Below are positions 52,902 to 64,000 of a stretch of DNA of 64,000 bases, piece after piece (position 1 is the stretch's first letter; every line of letters begins with the position of its first letter). The notes under the pieces were generated by a model that worked only from the letters and a program-made list of their open reading frames with translations, searched no databases and was not told the DNA's origin. A program made the position numbers and the translations under genes. Source of the stretch: Eledone cirrhosa (lineage: Eukaryota); the NCBI GenBank assembly GCA_964016885.1, contig OZ024741.1, positions 128,092,001 through 128,156,000 of the forward strand. The letters run 5' to 3'.

Positions 52902-54092
52902 TTATACTTCTCTTAGGTCAGTGTTGTTGTTATTCCATTCATTTTTCCTGTTTAGCCTTGGCCTTCTAAGTTCTATTTCACTGGCCTCTCTGATTTGCCT
53001 ATCTGCTGTGTCATTTCTATGTTTAGATATTATTCTAATTTCTATGTTGTCTATGTTACCGTCGTGTTGTTGTCTGGCATGTTCGTATAGTACTGAACCG
53101 TTTTTCGTCCTTTTAGTTCCCCCCAGTGTTGGTCTATCCTTTCACCTATGCTACGAGCTATCTCGCCTATGTATGTTGTTGTCATGTTTCTGCAAGTACC
53201 CTCTGTACATCTTATGCTATAGACTACGTTTCTAGTTTTACAGTTTATCCGGGGGTTTACTTTACATATGATACATTTCCTATTAGTACAGTGGGTTTTC
53301 TTAAAAGGGTGGTTCCTGGCTTTTTTACCACCTTAATCTTTAAGTGGGTCTTTCTCAGAGCCTTTCTACACTGGTTAGCTAATTTCTCTCCAGAGGTAGC
53401 GTCCACAAACATGACACTCTGGTATCTCTGGTTGTCGTACCATGAGGTGGCCTTCCCTATCTTATGTCTAGCCCTATCTAAGCTATTCGATGATTTGCTC
53501 CTGTATAATGGGCAAATTCCTTTCATGTCCAGTTCTATGAGGGTCTTATACTTCTCCGTGGCTCCTTCGTATACGTAGGATGAATGTTGATGAAGTGTTG
53601 GATGTGTCTTTCCATTTCTGTTGGGTCGCACATGCGGGACACGTTCTTCATCACTCGTACCAAGTCTGCGATCAGAATATTAAACTTAGCACTACTGGCA
53701 TTGCTGAGTTTTTGAGTATCATGTATTTGGAGGCCATGGGTTTAATATAGTGTGAGTGGAGAATTTGGGCTCTCTCGTCTATAGTGTTAATCCAGAGTTC
53801 CGTGTCTATTGTTAGGGTGTTTGGAAGGGTAGTCAATAGTTACAGTTATACTCTGGTGTATGGAATTAGCTATCTGCTGGATGCTTTCCATTGTGCTACG
53901 TTCTAAATCAAACTTGTTAGTGTTCTCTTGTGGGGATGTTCTTATTACTATATTGATATCGTCTACGTAACGAGAGTAAATGATGAGGTCTATGGAGCTC
54001 TCATCAAGGAGATCTTTAAGTCTCCTTTCCCACCATACCATAAAAAGGTTGGCAACGTCACCAGCTATGCTGACGCCAATGGCTGCTCCCTC
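52902..54092 (-). pseudogene. Penelope-like reverse transcriptase and GIY-YIG endonuclease (several frameshifts)
   Basis: [17 protein letters not shown]...YSRYVDDI (RT catalytic motif); HSHYIKPMAS; CIICK...NCKTRNVVYSIRC...TYIGEIARSIGERIDQH...EH...QH...RQIREASEI...LNRKNEW. Confidence 0.92.
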
Positions 54093-54155
<63 letters not shown>

Positions 54156-54194
54156 GGTATACTGTTGGCTTCTTGCTACAATACTTTCTATACC

Positions 54195-54228
<34 letters not shown>

Positions 54229-54589
54229 CAGTTACAACAACAATAACACCAAGAATAGCAACAAGAACCATAACAATAGCAACAATAACATTAACACCAT
54301 CACCATCATCACCATCACCACCACCACCACCACCATCACCCCTATCAACGCCATCACCATGTCCATCACCATCATTACCACCACCGTCATCTCTACGTCA
54401 CACTCTCAGAAGATGAAACAGTAGTAAGAAAGCCATATGCTTGTCGGTACCATTAACATTTTCTTGGGAATTGGTTTATGGCTAAACACACGATTGGAAC
54501 ATAGACACACATGTACACACACACGCATCCATATATATATGTATGTGTTTGTATGTAAATATAAATACATGTATATGTATATACGTATG

Positions 54590-54679
<90 letters not shown>

Positions 54680-54712
54680 TTTATATACGTATGTATACAT
54701 GCACGTATGTCC

Positions 54713-54804
<92 letters not shown>

Positions 54805-55410
54805 CTTTCTCTATATATATTCAATGATACTCTTTTACGAGTTTTTGACTGTGGTCATACTAGGGCTGCCTATACCCCCCCCCCCATATATATATGTATG
54901 TATGTATAAAGATAAAGAGGATGTAAGACAAACACAGACAGACTGACGGACAAATGTTTTTTCTAAAATGTCTGTAATAATTATTCCTTTCGAAATTAGC
55001 CAGCGTCCCACCCCACCACCACCACCTTCACCGACCTCGCCTCTACTCCTCTCAAACACCTACAGGCTCAACTATAAATACCTTTAACATTTAATAGCAG
55101 TTATTTGTGTTATTGTTGTTATTGTTAATGTTCTTTGTGTGGTTTTTAGGGTGTTCAGTGATGAGCTTTTAGTCCCGCAGTCTCCTGAGCAGACATGTTT
55201 TGTCTACGTTGGCAGAATATGTCGTCTGGTAAAACATTTTTGGCGGGCAAATCAAAAACTGCTTGTCAAATACGATGAACGAATCTGATACTGGATCTTT
55301 GCCGATGATTGTATCTCGCTCTCCCTCTCTCTCTGTTATTTGTAAGTGTATAAATTTAAACGGGTTTATGTGTATGTATGTATGTATGTATGTATGTATG
55401 TATGTATGTA

Positions 55411-55453
<43 letters not shown>

Positions 55454-55511
55454 GTGTGTATGTATGTATGTGTATGTATTGTATGTGTATGTATGTATGT
55501 ATGTATGTATG

Positions 55512-55551
<40 letters not shown>

Positions 55552-56154
55552 TACATACACATACATACATACATACATACATACATACATACATACATAC
55601 ATACACACACACATATATATATGTATATATATACATGTATGTATGATATGTTTGTGTATTATGAATATCTGTGTGCGTCTGTATGAATGCCTGTTTATAT
55701 GTATGTGTCTATATGTTATTTATGTATATAAGCAAGTATATATTTTCTAGTTTTTCTTTATGTTGTTATTATGTATGTGTATGTTTATAAGTAGAACCGA
55801 TTGTTTGATATGTCAAATATGTCAAACAAAATTTGTCAATTTCTATTGTGGGTCTTCATGTTTAGAATGGATGTCTAAGTGAGCCAAGAACAGAGCTTCC
55901 ATATAGTCGCTTTTATTTACTAGAACTCGCAACTGAATCTCCTCCAATTCACAACCTACCGTTTTACCCCCACCCCACAACACCGTGTAATGATTTAACA
56001 GACAATATCAAAAAGAACGTTTGTTAATTCAAATATTTATACTATCTTTATGGCTGGAGAGATCGTTGTGAAAATCTTCAGTATTCGATTAAATTAAAGA
56101 CGTTATATTTTTAATGTGGTGCATTCGGCCAACAGAAGGGACTTAGCCTCAGAC

Positions 56155-56420
56155 TCAGAAGCGCCCGCGTCTTGCGACGCATGAGGCAATCATAGTGTTC
56201 CATCGCGTTCGGTCAGCAGCCAGTTGCACAGCGTCCCGCCATTGTCTGTTTGTCGCTCGCAGGTCCCTCTCAACTATCTGGCGCCAGTTCATATTGGGGC
56301 GCCCTCTCCGTCTGCTTCCCTGCGGGCTCCATTTAAGTACTTGGTTCGCCAGTCTCAAAGCGTGTCCAAACCAGCCCAGGCGTCGCTTGCAGATGGTAGA
56401 AGAGACTAGCTGTTGGTTGT
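56155..56420 (-). mobile_element. RTE LINE 3' fragment
   Basis: WFGHALRLANQVLKWSPQGSRRRGRPNMNW...AADRTRW. Confidence 0.8.
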
Positions 56421-56469
56421 GGTAGAAGAGACTAGCTGCTGGTAGTCAGAAGGGAGGTAGGTGTAAAAA

Positions 56470-56972
56470 CCAAATTCGCTATCTTCAATTCGGTATTCGT
56501 GCTAACCCTTACTTATAGTCACGAATCTTGGGTAATGACCGAAAGAATACAATCGCGAATACAGGCGGTTGAAATGGGGTTCCTCCGAAGGGTCTTCGGA
56601 GAAATGTTACTGGATAGAGTGTTTAGCTTGGATATCAGAGAGTCGCTCCAGGTAGAGCCACTACTTCTCGAATTGAAAAATCATAGCTCCGATATTACGG
56701 ATATGTGGTTAGAATGTCTCAGGAATGAATCGCTGGTCAAATTCTACGGGCAAAACCAACCGGCAGGAGACCCAGGGTAGACCTCGAGCAAAATGGTTGG
56801 ATAGCATCTATGAGCCCGGCTGGTTTCGCTTGTGGATCCGGCTGAATTCAATTGAAGACGGTTGCTTCTGACAGGATTCACTGGAAGGAGTGTTTGAGGA
56901 CACTCCCCCGACGATATTTCCAAGAAGAAGAAGAAGAAGAAGAAGAAGAAGAAGAAGAAGAAGAAGAAGAAA
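56470..56972 (+). mobile_element. RTE LINE 3' fragment with (GAA)n tail
   Basis: LTYSHESWVMTERIQSRIQAVEMGFLRRV...IRESLQVEPLLL; frameshifted RYYGYVVRM...RRPRVDL; ends in (GAA)n. Confidence 0.85.
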
Positions 56973-57189
56973 TTATACTATTTTGTGTACTTTTCAAGAC
57001 TGTCTTTCTAATGTTATTCCATGCGGTGCAGGATGTTAAAAGAAATAAACAAAGATCCACATGGATAATGTAGTTCCTATTTATGTAAAGAATGTGAGAT
57101 AGACACGGTTGGAAAGTGTCTGATTTGAGGTATTCTCAATAAGCGATTCAAATGTAAAAATATATATGTATATATATGTATATATGTGA

Positions 57190-57964
57190 ACAATAGAACG
57201 TGAACAAAACAGAGAGGCAGTACGAACAAAGGTTTATTAGTTTCACGCTCTTGAGAGTGGGGTGGTGGTGGTGGGGAACGTCGTTTCGGGCATAGGCCCT
57301 TCTTCATGCGAAAAGTGTGTGGGAAGAGAGTTCCAAGGGTGTGTAGCGGAGTGGGGGAGAGACATTTAGAAAAGAGGGGGTGAGAGGAAACGGTGGAAGT
57401 GGTACAAATGAAAATAAATATGAAAAGAAATATGAAAAAATAATAATAAAAATAAAAATAAACATGAAGATAAACAAGTGGTGGAAGGGTGTGGGGCGAG
57501 TAGGGGTGGTGTCGGGTGGAGTGGGGAGAGGGGGGGTTCCGAGCGGGGAGGGCTGAAGGTGGTTTGTGTGTGTAGGTGTACGTGTGTGTGTGTGTGTATG
57601 TGAATATAAGAGTTGGGGGAAGAACGGGGTTCCATGTTCAGGAAAAGGTGTGTGTGGGGTGGGGTGTAGGTCAGTGTGTGTGTGCGTGTGTGGATGGGGA
57701 GGGGTCACGGGGTGGGGGAGGGGGAGAGAGAGGATTACGGAGGCTGAGTGTGTAAATATGTGGGGTTACGCACGTGTGTGTGGTGTTTATACGTATTGTG
57801 GATGTGGGTGGCGTGTGGGAAAACATTTTTTTTTTAGTGTATGTCCATGGGTAAGTTCCTAAGGTAGTTCCGTAGAGGGTGTGGTGGGAAGCCGGATAAT
57901 TTCCTTGTGATGGAGTTGATTCGTGGGAGCGAGGTCCAATGTGTGTAATCCGTGGTTGGGTTGG

Positions 57965-57968
<4 letters not shown>
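57190..57968 (-). mobile_element. Second copy of the 332-1168 element (hammerhead core mutated)
   Basis: Colinear homology; core reads AUGAAGA...GAAA-CG-AC at 57277-57308. Confidence 0.75.
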
Positions 57969-58017
<49 letters not shown>

Positions 58018-58180
58018 GGGGAGGGAGAGAGAGGGGGGGGGGGGAGAGAGACAGATTGATTATTTTTAGTTTGAGAAGATCCCGTTAAGGGTGAAAGCAG
58101 TGATTCTTTGCTTAAACTTTAATCTGTTATTTTAATAAATATATATACATACATATATATACATATATATATATATATTA

Positions 58181-58273
58181 GTGGAGGTGTGTGGCTGAGT
58201 GGTTAGAGAATTGTTCGATTCCGGGGCGAGGTGTTATGTCCTTGAGCAAGACACTTTATTTCACGTTGCTCCT
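58181..58273 (+). mobile_element. SINE 5' head fragment
   Basis: A-box TGGCTGAGTGG, B-box GTTCGATTCC, then TGTCCTTGAGCAAGACACTT. Confidence 0.7.
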
Positions 58274-58506
58274 TCTATTTGGAGTTACGACCGATAGATA
58301 GTATTAGCAATTGGAAACATTGTTTCCTTGGTCCGATTTGACGTCTGATATCTTGTCGATAGACTGTCGATATATATAAAATTTAATATAGAAATCTTTC
58401 CTGGTGATTTCTTTTGAATGAAACAGTTCTACTCTTTTGTATATACTCTACTAATGTATTGAGTACTTCACTTAATGTGGTTACCCCCGATTGAACCCTG
58501 GACTCA

Positions 58507-58561
<55 letters not shown>

Positions 58562-58834
58562 GAAATTAAAGTTTTCGCTCCGCCATAGCTGTATACATAT
58601 AAGTATGTAAATTTCATATATCTAATGATATACTGTATGTTTACGTATAAACATTTGGAAAGCCTTCTAACTATGAAAAGATGACGGCTAGCACCATCTA
58701 GCAGATTCCAACAGAAGTATATTAATTATTCATATATATATATATATATATAAATATATATATTATATACATATATTTATATATATACATATACACACAC
58801 ATGTATAAACGTGTGTGTGTGGTTTCGAATATAC

Positions 58835-58881
<47 letters not shown>

Positions 58882-58894
58882 ATCTATACATATA

Positions 58895-58989
<95 letters not shown>

Positions 58990-59076
58990 ATGCAGTGACA
59001 GCTGATGAGAGGGGCTTTGTTTTTCTTGTGCTTCATTGTCTTATATATTTTTTGTGCTCATTTTGCTATACACTCG

Positions 59077-59132
<56 letters not shown>

Positions 59133-59667
59133 CGAGTGTGTGTGGTCTGTGTCGTTAGTGACACATTTTCTATTAAATGTTCAAACTTTTTCAAAAAAAA
59201 TATATTTTAGAGTCTTATTGGAATCTTTTTTTCCTTTGCATGAAACCCTTCCTTGTTTTCCCTTCTTTCTACGGTACTGGTCTGTGTCCTTCTTCACTGC
59301 GGTGTATTTTCTTCTCTCTTTACGTCTCCTCTTTATCATCATAATCATCACCATCATCACACATCATCATCATAATCATCATCATCCTCATCATCATCAC
59401 ACATCATCATCATAATCACCATCACCCCCCAACCATTAGCCACATTACCCCAATCTACTTCCTCCCCCTCCTCCTCTTGAACATCATAATCACCTTCATC
59501 ATCGTCGTCGTAGTCGTCGTCGTTATCATCCTCATCATTATCATCATTAACATCGTTAACATCATGCTCACCATCAAATTAAAAACAACAACAACAACAA
59601 CATATTATCACCCCGCCACCCCCACTCCCGTGCAACCCTTCAACTCTCCAGATAACAACGCACCACC

Positions 59668-59719
<52 letters not shown>

Positions 59720-60104
59720 CCCCACCACCACCACTACCACCAACCACTACCACCACCACCACCAACACAACAACAACAACAAAAACCACCCCCTTTTCTT
59801 CCCATCACTGCCACCGAATAACATTCTCTTATTTATAATACGTTCATTCTTGCTTAAGAAAACAACGTCACTTGGCAGATGCAGTCACGTTGGTAAAATG
59901 GACGAGTTAGCGTTAAATTTTAAAATGTTAAAAACGTTAAAAGTCGTCCATCTTGGCTCGTTAAAGAACGATTTATTGTCAATGAATGAACCCTTGGGAG
60001 TTGAAAACATGGAAAAGCTGAAGAATTCAATCTGGAAATGTTATATGTCGAATAGAAAATTATTTACTGACATATTCTCACTGAAACTTACACGAACAGA
60101 TTAG

Positions 60105-60163
<59 letters not shown>

Positions 60164-60204
60164 TTATATATATATATATATGTATGTATATATATATATA
60201 TATA

Positions 60205-60331
<127 letters not shown>

Positions 60332-60351
60332 GTATATACGTATATACCACG

Positions 60352-60418
<67 letters not shown>

Positions 60419-60480
60419 GTATATACGTATATACCACGTATATATATATATATATATGTATGTATATATAGATATGTATG

Positions 60481-60531
<51 letters not shown>

Positions 60532-60654
60532 TAATGAATGTAAAGGATCTACCGCTAACTCGCAGTAGATTCTCGACTTTCACTAATATACCCACTCCGC
60601 ATATTACCATGTATCGAGTACTTTGTTTGTGGTCTTCTCGGGCCCAGTACCGCA

Positions 60655-61620
<966 letters not shown>

Positions 61621-61630
61621 TATATATATA

Positions 61631-62225
61631 TATATCAACTAGAAATTGATTGACATATATATATATATATATCTAAAATAAACATATGAAACAATCATAG
61701 GGGATAATCTGTAAAAGTGTGTAAGCACATACAGCTATGTGGGTAACTAATTAAAGTTTAACTAGAACTTCAAAAATAGATATGTGTGTAATTGTATTAA
61801 TGCAACACGTGCTAATAGTTAGTCACAGATTTGAATTTGATGTGTAAACAGAGATAGTTAAATCTTCTTCCTTGTTGAAAATCCAGGATCTGGCTGCTGT
61901 CGTTTACCAATCGATTAATTGGTGAAATATATTTCTTTAATGAAATATACACAAGGAAGATTGATCAATTTATAAGGTATCTATTTTTGAAGTTCTAGTT
62001 AAACTTTAATTAGTTACCCACTAGCTGTGTGTGCTTACACACTTTTACAGATTATCTCCTGTGATTGTTTCATATGTTTATTTTAGATATATATATATAT
62101 GTCAATCAATTTCTAGTTGATATAAAATGCTCGGATCTATTCATTGGAATCTTCGAGCATATTTTACAGTGGATATGGTGCATGTCTCTCTGACATGACA
62201 CCCTTAATTTAATTTAAATTTTGTA
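61631..62225 (+). mobile_element. Fold-back element, ~150-bp arms (61631-61782 / 61978-62123) plus tail
   Basis: Inverted near-identical arms between (TA)n runs; no hammerhead recognised. Confidence 0.75.
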
Positions 62226-62249
62226 TATGTATATATATATATATATTTA

Positions 62250-64000
62250 TTTAGGTTTGAAGGTTCACCACTGGATAGAGCTGGTCAGTCCATATGATCA
62301 ATCTTGATGTAATAATATGGAGAGTACTCAACGTAAAGCAGCTCAACCGTCTTTGTTTGTGTAGTTGGTGGTGCGAATACGGAGTTAAATATTATAATAA
62401 AATAACAGGAGCTGGACTTGTGTAAATCCTTGAAAGGTTTATTATACTATGATCATTTCAATGACCGGGTTCCGTATGAATCCGGTGATATCATCAGGCA
62501 TATACTTCCGTTTTACTCCACCACCACCCTAGCTATGACGGCGTTTTATTTATTTTTTTATGTATTTTTTTATTGATTTATTTATTTATATATTTCTACC
62601 TTTTTACTTTATTAATGTGTTTTTATCTTCGTAATCTGCTTTTATTTATCTATGTATTCTTTGTTTTTTTGCCTACTGTTTCTTTTATTTAGGTTTTTAC
62701 TCGCTTTACTCTCATTGTACTCATTAGCACACGACACTAGAATATCTCCCCCTGAGAACCACAATACTTATAACCCGGACTATCTGGGGACCTAGATATA
62801 GTCTATTTGCGCTTTTCATCGGATTTTATAATTGATTACATGCGATGATCCAACTGGTGTGGTGGTTTTCCTGGCTGCGCGCCCGGCGCCCTGGTGCATA
62901 AGCCTCCCTTGAGTGCTTGGAAAAATAAATTTCCCCTTCTTTCGGTAAATGAAATTACTCGGAGCGCCTTGCTTCGCCCCGGGGTCCGCCGCGCCGCCGT
63001 TTTTGACCGCCATATAGTACCTTTAAATTCTAGGCCTAATCATAACTATTAGCTGTATCATGCCTCCTTCTACTGGCTCTTAAACAAATCCCCCTCCTGT
63101 GTAAATTAATAGTACTCGTTTGGTATAACGAATGCCTAGCGACGATGGCTGACTCCCCACTAGCACACCCGAAGCCTAGAACAGTTACATTCCTTGAGTG
63201 CTCGGAAAAATTGATTTCCATATCTATCACTAGACGGTTTCACTCGGAACGGCTGACACGTGGTTAGGATGGGCTGGCCGGAGTCTGCAGTCGTCGCGTG
63301 CTGTTTGACTGCTAAACAAGGACTTAATCTTTACTCTATATCCCACCCTGAAAACTTATCGAGGATCTCTATAATACACTTAAATTTTTTTCATAAAAGA
63401 CCCTCTCTGTAAATTCTTTAACTAAATCTCGCAACCCAAACCATACATTTTTTTAATTTTATAATTTTAATCTTTAATTTATTTTTTTTTATTTCATCCT
63501 ATAAATCTAAACAAAAATTTAACGTTCCAATTTTCTGTTCACACATTATACCATGCAGACGCCCACTATATATACCTCTGTTAGAATATATACCTCTGTT
63601 AAGATATAGGTTCTTTAGAATAACATTTTTCGCGGCAATTCCTAGCCTGATTGTGGCATGACATTAACGCTGACTTTTCTTTTTTCTTTCTGTCTTTTTT
63701 TTTCTCTTTGACTGGGAGGTTAGTAGCACATTATAAGCTTTCGCCCCCTCACCAGATAGCCTTAAGTAGACCGAATAGCCAGCACTTGAGGGCGACCGGC
63801 TAAAGTGGAAGATGCTATTTGGTCGGTCGTCCTCGGGTCTATGATTTTCAGTCCCATGGATTTTATCTGTTAAATTCATTTATTATATTTCAAACACCTG
63901 ATGATATCACCGGATTCATACGGAACCCGGTCATTGAAATGATCATAGTATAATAAACCTTTCAAGGGTTTACACAAGTCCAGCCTCCTGTTATTTTGTA
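62250..64000 (-). mobile_element. Penelope-like non-autonomous element with inverted terminal copies (runs off window end)
   Basis: 62398-62498 is the reverse complement of 63897-63997; both contain a canonical hammerhead core. Confidence 0.75.
62443..62502 (-). ncRNA. Type-I hammerhead, canonical core; mirror copy at 63896-63949 (+) with shortened stem I
   Basis: UAUGC-CUGAUGA-UAUCACCGGAUUC-AUACG-GAACCCGGUCAUU-GAAA-UGAUCA-UA-GUAUA. Confidence 0.88.

Larger units (their letters stand above)
52400..54092 (-). mobile_element. 5'-truncated Penelope-like retroelement (second clade) with 3' hammerhead
   Basis: RT and GIY-YIG remnant, then 3' UTR, hammerhead at 52601-52642 and terminus shared with 37186/43045/47900; (TA)n at both ends. 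Confidence 0.9.

Overview
This is AT-rich, repeat-dominated animal DNA, most likely an octopod cephalopod (inferred from the SINE and interspersed-repeat families), and no host protein-coding gene can be supported. Almost all listed ORFs are read-throughs of micro- and minisatellites. A ~16.5 kb GGT-based minisatellite (4933-21476; 30/42-bp units with a ~3.96-kb higher-order duplication) fills a quarter of the window. Two decayed Penelope-like retroelements with RT and GIY-YIG remnants lie at 39426-42350 (+) and 52400-54092 (-). The main hidden signal is about 20 minimal type-I hammerhead-ribozyme motifs from roughly ten sequence families. Most sit in fold-back (inverted-repeat) non-autonomous elements wedged between (TA)n microsatellites, and they include U3-A8 and A6C core variants and covarying stems. 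Also present: a highly diverged ~0.8 kb 18S rRNA-derived sequence, a hAT MITE with an 8-bp TSD, a solo LTR splitting a SINE, RTE LINE 3' fragments and many tRNA-derived SINEs. All calls were made by eye; none has been confirmed by a search.
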